A stretch of DNA of 64,000 nucleotides from assembly GCA_035262465.1 (NCBI GenBank), contig DATFSU010000078.1, positions 64,013 through 128,012 of the forward strand. The letters are read 5' to 3'. This document shows, one piece after another, positions 46,946 to 56,514 of this stretch (its first letter is position 1; every line of letters starts with the position of its first letter). A model generated the notes under the pieces. It did not search any database and was not told the DNA's origin. It saw only the letters and a list, made by a program, of their open reading frames with translations. The position numbers and the translations under genes were made by a program. The stretch comes from Candidatus Angelobacter sp. GTDB taxonomy: Bacteria; Acidobacteriota; Terriglobia; Terriglobales; Acidobacteriaceae.

Positions 46946-48904
46946 TTAGATCCGCTTGAACGCCTTCTGTATCTCCTTTACAGAATACCGCAGCACCACC
47001 GGCCGGCCGTGCGGGCACGTCATGGGACACTCGGTTTTTGCCAGCTCCTGCAGCAGCCACTCCATCTTGTTCTGCTCCAGCGGCATGTTGATCTTGATGG
47101 CGGCATGGCAGGCGATGCTGGCCGCAATCCTGGCCCTGATTTTCTCCAGGTTGAGCACCTGTTCTTCCTGCTGAAACTGGTCCAGCAGTTCAACCAGCAT
47201 CTTCTCCACTTCAGCGGGACGCACGCCGCCTGGTGCGGTCTTCACAGCGATGGTCCGCGTGCCGAAGAGCTCGACTTCAAAGCCGTTGTGCTGAAGTTCT
47301 TCGGAAATCTCGGTAAACACCGCCTGCTGGCCGGGAGTAAGCTCCACGATCAGCGGCATAAGCAGCCGCTGTCCATTGTGCGCCGGACTGTTTTGCGCGC
47401 GCTCGCGCAGGATTCGTTCGAACAGCACGCGCTCGTGCGCCACGTGCTGGTCGATGATCCACAGGCCGTCCGGATTAACAGCCAAAATGAACGAATCCCG
47501 CACCTGCCCAAGCGGCTTCAGGCTGGCGAGCGCAAGCTGGTCGACCACTTCCTGCGGCTCGTCCGGCAGAACGTTGCCGCACGCATCCGCATGGCCGTTG
47601 ACCGTGACGGGCGCGATGGTGGGCGCCGGCACAGCGCCAAATCCGCTGATCGCCACGTTGCCTTCAACCGCGATCGGTTCGCCGCCGAACTGCAGGCGCT
47701 CGTTGACAGCCGGCTGCACCGGCGGCTGAAGAGCAAAATCCGTGGACCCGGCCATCGGCGCTGCGCTCATGGCCGCGCCGGGACTCAATCCCGGGGAAGC
47801 GGTGGGCTGGGCCGTGATCTCGCGCGTGAATTGCGGAACCGGGCGGGCCTTCATCAGCGCGGCCCGCACCGATTCGCGCACGAAGTCGTGCACCAGCGAT
47901 TGCTGGCGGAAACGCACCTCGGTCTTCGAAGGATGCACGTTGGCATCCACCTCTTCATGCGGCAGCTCGATGAAGAGCAATACCACGGGAAAGACCGTAG
48001 GCGGAAGAATGTTGCGATAGGCCTCGGTGAGCGCGTGCTGCACCAGGCGGTCGCGGATCAGACGGCCATTCACGAAGACGAAGATGGAGTTGCGGTTCAG
48101 CTTCTGCAGCTCAGGCTTGGAGATGAAGCCGTGCAGCCGAATATCGCCGGGCGTGCGCGGGGAGTAGTCTTCGTCGCGACGCCAGGGTGGCGGCTCGGGA
48201 ATGCCGACGCGATCGAGCTTCATAGTCGCCGCCAGCGGAACCAACTGGTCGAGGGTTTCGCGGCCAAATATCTGGTAGATGCGGTCGGAGTGCGAAGCTA
48301 CCGGCGCTGCAATCAGCATGGCTTCCGTAGCTGAGTGCAGCTCAAAATGCTTTTCCGGATGCGCCAGCGCATAGTGCGTTACCAGCGAGGCGATGTGCGA
48401 AAGCTCGGTCGATTCTGCCTTCAGGAATTTCTTGCGCGCCGGAGTGTTGAAGAAGAGATCGCGCACGGCGAACGATGTTCCCTGCGGCAGGCCGGCTTCT
48501 TCGACGCGCAGAATCTTGCCACCGGCAATTTCAACCACTGTTCCGCCGGGTTCGTCGGCTGCACGTGTTTCCAAAAGAACGCGAGCGACGGACGCGATGG
48601 ACGGCAGAGCTTCACCGCGAAAGCCGAGCGTGTGAATGTTGAGCAGATCGTCGGCGTTCTGAATTTTTGAGGTTGCGTGGCGTTCGAAGGCCAGCAGGGC
48701 GTCGTCGCGCACCATGCCGGAGCCGTTGTCAGTGACCTGGATCAGCTTCTTGCCCCCGCCCTCCACCTGCACGCGGATGCGCGTTGCCCCGGCATCAAGC
48801 GAGTTTTCCAGGAGCTCCTTCAGGACAGAAGCAGGACGCTCCACGACTTCGCCGGCGGCGATCTTGTTGGCAACGTGTTCGGGAAGGACGTGAATGCGGC
48901 CCAT
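46946..48904 (-). CDS. mutL: DNA mismatch repair protein MutL
   Basis: 652 aa with 'IHVLPEHVANKIAAGEVVERPASVLKELLENSLDAGA', the GHKL N-terminus of MutL. Confidence 0.95.
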   Translation of the reverse strand: MGRIHVLPEHVANKIAAGEVVERPASVLKELLENSLDAGATRIRVQVEGGGKKLIQVTDNGSGMVRDDALLAFERHATSKIQNADDLLNIHTLGFRGEALPSIASVARVLLETRAADEPGGTVVEIAGGKILRVEEAGLPQGTSFAVRDLFFNTPARKKFLKAESTELSHIASLVTHYALAHPEKHFELHSATEAMLIAAPVASHSDRIYQIFGRETLDQLVPLAATMKLDRVGIPEPPPWRRDEDYSPRTPGDIRLHGFISKPELQKLNRNSIFVFVNGRLIRDRLVQHALTEAYRNILPPTVFPVVLLFIELPHEEVDANVHPSKTEVRFRQQSLVHDFVRESVRAALMKARPVPQFTREITAQPTASPGLSPGAAMSAAPMAGSTDFALQPPVQPAVNERLQFGGEPIAVEGNVAISGFGAVPAPTIAPVTVNGHADACGNVLPDEPQEVVDQLALASLKPLGQVRDSFILAVNPDGLWIIDQHVAHERVLFERILRERAQNSPAHNGQRLLMPLIVELTPGQQAVFTEISEELQHNGFEVELFGTRTIAVKTAPGGVRPAEVEKMLVELLDQFQQEEQVLNLEKIRARIAASIACHAAIKINMPLEQNKMEWLLQELAKTECPMTCPHGRPVVLRYSVKEIQKAFKRI

Positions 48905-48923
48905 GAGCGAAGAGACAATTTAA

Positions 48924-48989
48924 CCACAAAGGACACGAAGGAACACGGAGGCTGATGAAAACCTCTGTGTTCTTCAGTGCCCTCTGTGG
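48924..48989. repeat. Cargo-less inverted repeat of the 'CACnGCAGAG..GAGAAC' family (28-nt arms, 10-nt loop)
   Basis: The left arm is ccacaaaggacacgaaggaacacggagg. The reverse complement of the right arm is ccacagagggcactgaagaacacagagg, giving 22/28 matches. Confidence 0.75.
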
Positions 48990-49003
48990 TAAAGGAAAGG
49001 CCG

Positions 49004-50671
49004 TTAGTTTGAAGCCGTGACCGTGCTCAGAGCCGGCGCCGGATACTGCGGCAGCTTCTCGCGCGTGTGGTTGGCGCGCTGGATCTCCAGTTCGCCAAAC
49101 AGCACTGATGGGCTCACGATGGCGCTGGGCAGCGGTTCCGTACGGTTGTAGACGTAGGTATCGTTGCCGGCGGCGACGATGTCGCTGCGCAGAGCGCGGG
49201 TATCCAGCTGCTTGAATATGGCTCCGCGGACCAGCTCCATATGGCCGTCATTCACGTAGACGCGCCACAGCAGGCGTGGCGAAAGCTGCGGCCCGGTGGT
49301 TTCGACGTAGTAGCCGTAAGGCCGGCCCTGGTCTTTGCACATGTCGATCAGCTTCTTCTTCAATTCTTCAAAGGAGGCGCCGTTGGCGGCTTTGAAGATC
49401 AGATTGGAGATGCTCGGACGCGGCGCTCCGCCCAGCGCGGTGCGGCCGTGACCATTGGAATGCGGGAAATCGCGGATCGGTTCGCGGCCCAACAGGTAGT
49501 TGGTCAGAATGCCCTTATCGATCACGGTGACCTTCTGCGCTTCCACGCCTTCATCGTCCACATCGTAGTTTCCCGCCAGCGTCTGGTGGTCGATCTCCTT
49601 TGCCTTGGGATCGTCGACCACGGTAAACATGTCGGGCAAGACGCGTCCCTTGTAATAGGAGGCAAATTCGCCGTTGGTGCGCGCCGGGTTCCCCAGGTCA
49701 GGACGAATGCCAAGAATGTTAGGCACAATGAGGCGCTCAAACATTGAGGTCGCAGCATCAGCCGAAAACAGCACCGGGCCGCGATAATCGTCTTCTACCA
49801 GGGGTGCCTTCTCCAGCGCCTTGAAAGTACCGATCAGCTGTTTGGCTTCTTTCTGAATCTCATTGGGCTTCGGCAATTCGTCTGGACGCGTGACCACCCA
49901 GCCGTGGCTGCGTTCAATCCACATGCCGTCATCGGCCTGGCCGGTGCCGGAAAACGCATAGGAGTAAACCGCCTTGCCGCTCCGGGTGATGGTTCCCTCA
50001 GTATTGACGTAATAGCGGTTGAGCACGCGGAAACTCAGAAAAGCGTTCGAGCTTTCAAGCGACGCGTCAGAGCGGAAGATATCCGAGGTGGAGCGCAGCA
50101 TCTGCTTCCACTTTTCCATGTCCACACTGGACCTAGCCAGGTCGCCGACGGATTGGCTGGGTTTTTCCTGGGAAAAATCCACCAGATCGGTTTCCGTCTC
50201 CACGTTCTTGAGTGCAGCCTCTTTCTCGGTGAAGCCCGTCAGCGCCGCCTTGTATGCCTTGTCGGTGGCGAGCCAAAGCTGGCGGCGAAGCGCCAGTTCC
50301 TGATCGTCAGTCGGCATCATTTCGACTGCGCCCGTGCCTGAGCCGAAATAGCTATCCTGCTTGTAATCTCCAATGCGGACAACTACCCGCACCAGGCGGC
50401 CGGCGTTGACCTGATCCGAACGCAGCGCGCCGAGCGTTGCGTCGGCGGTCTGGTCCTCGAGTTCGCTGACCTGATATTCGATGTAGTACGGCCGCTGCAG
50501 CTGACCCAGTTGAAGCTTTTCCTGCGAGCGTTTCAGCTCGGCGATCATAGCTTTGAGTACGGGATCGCCGTGGTCATCCGTGGGAGCGGCTGAGGGCGGC
50601 GCGCTTTCGGCAGCCAGGGCAAATACGCTCATCGTGACGAACAGGAGGATGGTGGAAAGGAAACGCTGCAT
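49004..50671 (-). CDS. Secreted TldD/PmbA-family metallopeptidase-like protein
   Basis: 555 aa. The signal peptide is 'LSTILLFVTMSVFALA'. PmbA/TldD-like C-terminal motifs are present ('YDVDDEGV', 'SNGHGR'). Confidence 0.8.
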   Translation of the reverse strand: MQRFLSTILLFVTMSVFALAAESAPPSAAPTDDHGDPVLKAMIAELKRSQEKLQLGQLQRPYYIEYQVSELEDQTADATLGALRSDQVNAGRLVRVVVRIGDYKQDSYFGSGTGAVEMMPTDDQELALRRQLWLATDKAYKAALTGFTEKEAALKNVETETDLVDFSQEKPSQSVGDLARSSVDMEKWKQMLRSTSDIFRSDASLESSNAFLSFRVLNRYYVNTEGTITRSGKAVYSYAFSGTGQADDGMWIERSHGWVVTRPDELPKPNEIQKEAKQLIGTFKALEKAPLVEDDYRGPVLFSADAATSMFERLIVPNILGIRPDLGNPARTNGEFASYYKGRVLPDMFTVVDDPKAKEIDHQTLAGNYDVDDEGVEAQKVTVIDKGILTNYLLGREPIRDFPHSNGHGRTALGGAPRPSISNLIFKAANGASFEELKKKLIDMCKDQGRPYGYYVETTGPQLSPRLLWRVYVNDGHMELVRGAIFKQLDTRALRSDIVAAGNDTYVYNRTEPLPSAIVSPSVLFGELEIQRANHTREKLPQYPAPALSTVTASN

Positions 50672-52410
50672 TATCGGCCTCCCGGATTGGCGTTCTGCTG
50701 CTGGCTTGCTACTTCAGGTTTTTCCACTCCCGGCGGCGGCAGCACCGGCGGACGCTCATGCCCCTGCGCCACTTTTTGCACCTCGATCTCAGAGAACAGC
50801 ATGGCCGGAGCAGCGGCAGAAACCGGCACCGAACCCGATTCGGCGCCACACTCGCCGTTGAAGACATCGATCTTCTGCCCGGTCAGGACAATGCGGTTAA
50901 GCGCCTGCAACGGCGTTCCAATAATGTCGACGCCGCGCACCAGTTCATCGGGACGCCCGTCCGGATAGACCTTCCATACCATCAGCGGCATCACCTGAAA
51001 CGCCTGCGGCATGTTGCGCATCGTAAGCGTAAACCCGCCGGCGATGTCTTCAAAGTAGAGGCCGAAGGGCTTCTTCTGCTTCCTGATCTCATTGATCAAC
51101 TCTTTGCGCAGCTCCGAATCCGGCACGGTCTTGGTGGAGCGCACGATCAGATTGCCCTGGCGTCCGACCGGCATCAGACCGCTCTGTCCGCGGCCGTGAC
51201 CGTTGGATTGCATAAAGCCCTTCACCGGCATGCGCGACATCAGAAACTGTTTGAGAATCCCGTTCGAGATCAGATCCACCCGGCGGCTCTTCTCGCCTTC
51301 TTCGTCATAGTTGTAATTGCCGCTCAACTCCACGCCTCCGAGCGAGGGCAGCGTTGGGTCGTCTTCCACGCTGAGGAACTTCGGCAACACCGGCTGGCCG
51401 ATCATCTTGGTAAAGGTCTGGCCTTCATTTTCGCCGCGCTGGCGCTGGCCTTCCAGGCGATGGCCCACCACCTCATGGAAAAATACCGCGGCGGCGCGAC
51501 CGGAAAGCAATGCCGGGCCGTTGAACGGCTCGACGATCGGCGCCTTCTTCAGCTTCTGCAGGTCCTGCGCGATCTTTTCGATTTTGGCGGTCATGACCTG
51601 ATCCGAATCGAGCTTGTCAAACGACGAAGCATCAAAAGTCTCTGAGCGCGCCAGCTCCATGCCGTCGCTCGACCGGGTATTGCCCAGCGCCAGCACGCGA
51701 ATCAACGGGCGCGAATCCACCAGACGGGAACCTTCACTCGAAACAAAGTAGCGCGTGGAATCCTCGATCAGCAGGACGACGGTCGAGTTTTCAATATCAG
51801 GATACTTGGAGAAGATGGAGGAGTAGCGGCGTATCCGGTCTTCCCACGCTTTACGATCAAAGCTCTCCGGCGCAATGCCCTTGCCGATGAAGACCTGCGG
51901 CTTCTCGACAGAAAAATCCGGAGAAGAATCTTCTTCCTCGGCGCGCACCTTGGTATCAGTCTTCACTTCCATGAAGCCCTGCGCCGCCTTCTTGTACATA
52001 CGATCGGTATTCAGCCAGAGCACGCGGGCGATGGCATCCGGCTTGTCGTCGAGGGGCAGCGCTGCGGTGGTAATGGCGTTGTAGCGATTGTCACCGTGCG
52101 TGTTGTCCAGATCGCGGCTGCCGACCCGTACCGAGATGTCCGCAGTGCGATCATGACGGTTCGCGTTCGCCACCAGGGCGCCGTTGCTGGCCATCACGAC
52201 TGCGCCGGATTCCTCGGTAACGGCATAACTGATGAAATACGGTGCAGGATCGGCCTTGCTGAGCGACGTCATCGCGCGGTCGAGCTCTTGCTGCATGGTA
52301 TTCAACAACACCTGGTTGCTAGCGCCGGCCGGGGCTGTTTGCCCCAGCAGTGCCGGCCCGGCCAGGACCAAGCTGAAAAGACACAAAAATAGCGGCTTCT
52401 TGAATGACAT
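50671..52410 (-). CDS. Secreted TldD/PmbA-family metallopeptidase (TldD-like, HExxxH present)
   Basis: 579 aa with a signal peptide. 'FFHEVVGHRLEGQR', 'YNYDEEGE' and 'SNGHGR' are present. Its stop overlaps the start of the downstream paralogue by 1 nt. Confidence 0.85.
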   Translation of the reverse strand: MSFKKPLFLCLFSLVLAGPALLGQTAPAGASNQVLLNTMQQELDRAMTSLSKADPAPYFISYAVTEESGAVVMASNGALVANANRHDRTADISVRVGSRDLDNTHGDNRYNAITTAALPLDDKPDAIARVLWLNTDRMYKKAAQGFMEVKTDTKVRAEEEDSSPDFSVEKPQVFIGKGIAPESFDRKAWEDRIRRYSSIFSKYPDIENSTVVLLIEDSTRYFVSSEGSRLVDSRPLIRVLALGNTRSSDGMELARSETFDASSFDKLDSDQVMTAKIEKIAQDLQKLKKAPIVEPFNGPALLSGRAAAVFFHEVVGHRLEGQRQRGENEGQTFTKMIGQPVLPKFLSVEDDPTLPSLGGVELSGNYNYDEEGEKSRRVDLISNGILKQFLMSRMPVKGFMQSNGHGRGQSGLMPVGRQGNLIVRSTKTVPDSELRKELINEIRKQKKPFGLYFEDIAGGFTLTMRNMPQAFQVMPLMVWKVYPDGRPDELVRGVDIIGTPLQALNRIVLTGQKIDVFNGECGAESGSVPVSAAAPAMLFSEIEVQKVAQGHERPPVLPPPGVEKPEVASQQQNANPGGR

Positions 52411-52487
52411 AGGTATAGAAGAGTGTACCTCAACCCTTAGACACCAGAAATGTTACTTGCGGGCTGGGTAGCCCTCAATAGGGCATT

Positions 52488-52517
52488 CACCGCAGAGTGC
52501 GCAGAGAACGCTGAGAA
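52488..52517. repeat. Left arm of the inverted repeat bracketing the GxxExxY gene
   Basis: caccgcagagtgcgcagagaacgctgagaa pairs with the reverse complement of 52901-52930, cactgcggagaacgcagagagcgctgagaa. I count 25 of 30 positions identical. Confidence 0.8.
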
Positions 52518-52524
52518 TTAAGCA

Positions 52525-52938
52525 CTAGAGACCATTTACGATTCGCCTATAACCCTCCTTGAGGCGAACTACGTGAAAGTTGATGAGGAGACCTAATCGT
52601 TTTCCGCTGAGCTTTAGATAAGAAAGGAGCTGAGCCTCATGTACCGGTATTAATCGCTCGGCTGCCTTTATTTCAATAATGACGAGATCCTCGACGACGA
52701 TATCCAGCCGGTACGAAGCATCCACAAAGACTTCGCGATACCTGATGGGCAAAGGAACTTGGGTCTCGATCCTCAGGCCGCGGCTTCGCAATTCATACGC
52801 TAAACATGCCTGGTATGCGCTCTCGAGAAGACCGGGACCAAGCGCAGTGTGAACAGCAATAGCTGCATCCAGGACGATCCCGCTGATCTGGTTCTCCCGT
52901 TTCTCAGCGCTCTCTGCGTTCTCCGCAGTGATATCCAT
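52525..52938 (-). CDS. GxxExxY-family protein (PD-(D/E)xK-like)
   Basis: 137 aa. 'GPGLLESAYQACLAYEL' contains the GxxExxY motif, and 'DIVVEDLVIIEIKA' is the D...ExK core. The low-complexity N-terminus 'ITAENAESAEKREN' is encoded by the right repeat arm. Confidence 0.9.
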   Translation of the reverse strand: MDITAENAESAEKRENQISGIVLDAAIAVHTALGPGLLESAYQACLAYELRSRGLRIETQVPLPIRYREVFVDASYRLDIVVEDLVIIEIKAAERLIPVHEAQLLSYLKLSGKRLGLLINFHVVRLKEGYRRIVNGL

Positions 52939-52950
52939 TCGTGCGGTCTG

Positions 52951-54462
52951 TCATTCCCCGGCGGTTTTGGCCGCGGCGGGCTTCCATCTCAGCACCGGCT
53001 TACGGGCAGCGGCGGTTTCGTCCAAACGCTTGACCCGGGTGGTATGAGGGGCGTTCTTCACCAGTTCGGGATCTTCTTCGGCTTCGCGCGCAATGGACTT
53101 CATGGCATCAATCAGAAGGTCCAGCTCTTCGACCGATTCGCTCTCCGTGGGCTCAATCATGATGGCCCCATGGACCACCAGCGGGAATGACACCGTATAA
53201 GGATGGAAGCCGTAGTCAATCAGGCGTTTAGCGATGTCGCCGGTCTTGACGCCCTTTTGCTCCTGAATCTCGTCACTAAAGACAACCTCGTGCATCGACG
53301 GGCTGGAATACGGCAGATGGTATTCGCCTTCCAGCTTTTTACGAATGTAGTTGGCGTTGAGCACGGCATCTTCCGTGGTCTGGCGCAGACCGTCAGGACC
53401 ATTGGCCATGATGTAAGCTAGGGCCCGGACGTGCATGCCGTAATTGCCGTAAAACATGCGTACCCGGCCGACCGATTGAGGCCGGTCATAGTCCCAGGCC
53501 AGCGAGCCGTCGGGGCGTTCCACGATTACCGGTTTGGGCAGGAAGGGTTCGAGGGATTTTTTGCACGCTACGGGACCAGATCCCGGACCGCCTCCGCCGT
53601 GCGGGGTGGAGAAGGTCTTGTGCAGGTTCAAGTGCATCACGTCAACGCCGAAGTCTCCTGGGCGGGTCTTGCCGACCAGGGCGTTCATGTTGGCGCCGTC
53701 CATGTAAAGCAGGCCGCCCTTGCTGTGGAGGATCTCGGCAATCTTGTGAATTTCCTGCTCAAAGATACCCAGCGTATTGGGATTGGTGAGCATGAGCCCG
53801 GCAACGTCTTCATTCATCTGAGCCGCCAGAGCGCTTACGTCGACCATGCCGCGGGCATTGGATTTCAGGTTCTCGACCGCGTAACCGCAGATCGCCGCCG
53901 TGGCCGGGTTGGTGCCGTGGGCCGAGTCCGGGATCAGGATCTTTTTGCGCGGGTTCCCTTTCGACTGCAGGTAGGCATGCATCAGCAGGATGCCGGTCAT
54001 CTCGCCATGCGCGCCGGCCGCGGGCTGGAGCGTGATGGCATCCATGCCGGTGATGTCGATCAGGCAGTCAGAAAGCGTCTTCATCACGCGCATCGCGCCC
54101 TGGGAAGCTATGGCGGGCTGATACGGATGCGCGTTGGCCAGGCCGGGAAAACGGGCCACAACTTCATTCACACGCGCGTTGTACTTCATGGTGCAGGAGC
54201 CCAGCGGGTACATGCCGAGATCGATAGCGTAGTTCCAGGTGGAGAGCCGCGTGAAGTGGCGGATGATCTCCATCTCGCTCACCTCGGGCATGCTGCCGAG
54301 ATCGGCGCGCGCAGCGGAGCCAAGGGCCTTTTGGTAATCCACTGCGGGAACGTCGAGCGGCGCCAGCCGGTAGGCCTTCTTGCCCGGCGACGAGCGCTCA
54401 AAGATCAGCCCTTCATTCTGGTTGACGTGTCGCGTAGCTTTCCTGATGTATTTGTCGCTCAT
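52951..54462 (-). CDS. gcvPB: Glycine dehydrogenase (decarboxylating) subunit 2
   Basis: It starts at the ATG at 54462 ([12 protein letters not shown]...), overlapping the gcvPA stop as ATGA. The PLP-lysine context '[16 protein letters not shown]' is present. Confidence 0.95.
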   Translation of the reverse strand: MSDKYIRKATRHVNQNEGLIFERSSPGKKAYRLAPLDVPAVDYQKALGSAARADLGSMPEVSEMEIIRHFTRLSTWNYAIDLGMYPLGSCTMKYNARVNEVVARFPGLANAHPYQPAIASQGAMRVMKTLSDCLIDITGMDAITLQPAAGAHGEMTGILLMHAYLQSKGNPRKKILIPDSAHGTNPATAAICGYAVENLKSNARGMVDVSALAAQMNEDVAGLMLTNPNTLGIFEQEIHKIAEILHSKGGLLYMDGANMNALVGKTRPGDFGVDVMHLNLHKTFSTPHGGGGPGSGPVACKKSLEPFLPKPVIVERPDGSLAWDYDRPQSVGRVRMFYGNYGMHVRALAYIMANGPDGLRQTTEDAVLNANYIRKKLEGEYHLPYSSPSMHEVVFSDEIQEQKGVKTGDIAKRLIDYGFHPYTVSFPLVVHGAIMIEPTESESVEELDLLIDAMKSIAREAEEDPELVKNAPHTTRVKRLDETAAARKPVLRWKPAAAKTAGE

Positions 54463-55784
54463 TGGCCCACCGCCTGTGCCGCTGCATCGATCTGTTCTTT
54501 GGAGTTGAGTTCCGTGCAGCACCATACGGCTGCGTTGCCTAGTTCGGGATAGTGCCAGCTCAGCGGGAACCCACCGATGGTTTTTTGCTTCAGCAGGCGC
54601 TCATTGATCTTGATGGGATCGTCCTTGGTCTGGACCACGAACTCGTTGAAGCGCGGCGCGCCGGCAAAGAGAATCTTTCCTCTTTTGCCGAACTCGGCGG
54701 CCGCATAGGTCGCTTTGGCCAGGTTTTGTGCGGCAAGCTCTTTCAGGCCTTCGCGGCCGTAGATGGTCATATAGATGGTGGCCATGGTAGCGATCAGCGC
54801 CTGGTTGGTACAGATGTTGGAGGTCGCTTTCTCACGGCGGATATGCTGCTCGCGCGTGGAAAGCGTGAGCACGAAGCCCCGTTTGCCGTCCCTGTCCCTG
54901 GTCTCGCCGACCAGCCGGCCGGGCATCTGGCGAACATACTTCTCTTTGGTCGCCATCACCCCGGCGTATGGCCCGCCATATCCCAGCGGCACCCCGAAAG
55001 ACTGCGATTCCATGGAAACGATATCCGCTTCGACCGGCGGCCTCACGATTCCAAGCGAAAGCGCTTCGGCAATGGAGACGATCAGCAATGCGCCCTTTTT
55101 GTGGGCCAGGTCGGCAACGGCGGCAACGTCCTCGATGGTGCCGAAGAAGTTCGGTGATTGAATGAGCACGCCGGCGGTGTCCGCGGTGATCTTCCGGTCG
55201 AGATCGGCCATGTCGACGCGGCCGTTTTCCAGGAAGTTGCATTCGCTGATGGGCAGGCCCTGATGCTGGGTGTAGGTGTGCATCACCTCGCGGTATTCGG
55301 GATGAACGCTGCGCGCCACCACGCCGGCCTTGCGCCCGGTGACGCGGACGGCCATCATCATGGCCTCGGCCGCGCCGGTAGAACCGTCATACATGCTGGC
55401 GTTGGCTACTTCCATGCCGGTGAGTTCGCAGACCATGGTCTGAAATTCAAAGATGGCCTGCAGGGTTCCCTGCGCGATCTCCGCCTGGTACGGCGTGTAG
55501 GAAGTGAGGAATTCGCCGCGCGAGACCATCGCGTCAATCACCACGGGACGGTAATGATGATAGGCGCCGGCGCCAAGAAACATCGCGTAGCCGGCGGCGC
55601 TGCCGGAAGCCTGCTCCTGGAAGTAGTCGATGATCTCTGACTCGGCCATCTGCCGCGGAACTTTCACATCTCGGGTAAGGCGATATTCCGCCGGAATCGG
55701 CGCGAACAGATCGTCGATGGACTTACAGCCGATCTCGCGCAGCATCTGCGCCCGATCAGCAGGGGATTTGGGTAAGTAGCGCAT
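54459..55784 (-). CDS. gcvPA: Glycine dehydrogenase (decarboxylating) subunit 1
   Basis: 441 aa with '[19 protein letters not shown]' and '[24 protein letters not shown]'. Confidence 0.95.
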   Translation of the reverse strand: MRYLPKSPADRAQMLREIGCKSIDDLFAPIPAEYRLTRDVKVPRQMAESEIIDYFQEQASGSAAGYAMFLGAGAYHHYRPVVIDAMVSRGEFLTSYTPYQAEIAQGTLQAIFEFQTMVCELTGMEVANASMYDGSTGAAEAMMMAVRVTGRKAGVVARSVHPEYREVMHTYTQHQGLPISECNFLENGRVDMADLDRKITADTAGVLIQSPNFFGTIEDVAAVADLAHKKGALLIVSIAEALSLGIVRPPVEADIVSMESQSFGVPLGYGGPYAGVMATKEKYVRQMPGRLVGETRDRDGKRGFVLTLSTREQHIRREKATSNICTNQALIATMATIYMTIYGREGLKELAAQNLAKATYAAAEFGKRGKILFAGAPRFNEFVVQTKDDPIKINERLLKQKTIGGFPLSWHYPELGNAAVWCCTELNSKEQIDAAAQAVGQ

Positions 55785-55940
55785 AGGGATTTAGTAATTG
55801 AGTAATCTGGTAATTGAGTAATTTCAAGTCGATGGTAACGCTATCACTGCGGCAAATGAGCAGCAGGTCATTGGGCGCGCGAAACTGAATTGCACCGTTC
55901 AGGGTCCCGGCATAATTGCCCAATTACCAAATTACTCAAT
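55783..55940. repeat. Long hairpin in the gcvH-gcvPA spacer; about 31-nt AT-rich arms made of tandem GGTAATTGAGTAAT units
   Basis: The left arm is agtaattgagtaatctggtaattgagtaatt. The reverse complement of the right arm is ggtaattgagtaatttggtaattgggcaatt, giving 27/31 matches. About 90 nt lie between the arms. Confidence 0.8.
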
Positions 55941-55952
55941 TACCAAATTTCT

Positions 55953-56336
55953 TCATTTCTCTTCCGCGATGTACTTCTCGTAATCATCCGCTGCCATCAG
56001 CGTATCCACTTCCTTCGGGTTGGAAAGTTCGATTTTGATCATCCAGGCGCTGTGGGCGTCCTTATTGATGGCTTCAGGCGCCTGGTTCAGGCTCTCATTG
56101 ATTTCGATCACTTTGCCGGAAACCGGCGCATATAGTTCCGAAACCGCCTTCACGGATTCAACGGTGCCGAAGCTCTTGCCCGCTTGAAGTTGCAGGCTGC
56201 TCTTCGGCAGCTCGACGAAGACGATGTCGCCCAGCGACTCCTGCGCGTGGTCCGTGATGCCGACCAGTCCAGTGTTGCCCTTCACCTGAACCCACTCGTG
56301 CTCTTTCGTATATCGATAATCTTTCGGATATGGCAT
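55953..56336 (-). CDS. gcvH: Glycine cleavage system protein H
   Basis: 127 aa. The lipoyl-lysine context 'VESVKAVSELYAPVSG' is present, and the N-terminus is 'YTKEHEWV'. Confidence 0.95.
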   Translation of the reverse strand: MPYPKDYRYTKEHEWVQVKGNTGLVGITDHAQESLGDIVFVELPKSSLQLQAGKSFGTVESVKAVSELYAPVSGKVIEINESLNQAPEAINKDAHSAWMIKIELSNPKEVDTLMAADDYEKYIAEEK

Positions 56337-56514
56337 CTTCTTTTTCCAGGGAGCAACAACCCCTTCGACTTCGCTCAGGGTGTTGCACCCTCATGCTCCT
56401 TTGGGGCCCCCGACGAGTCTGTTGTTGGCTCGTTGGAGCAGTTTCGCGCGGATCAGCGCTCACTCCGCATTTCACCCGCTTATTTTTACTTCCAATAACT
56501 CAACGTTTCGCTGC

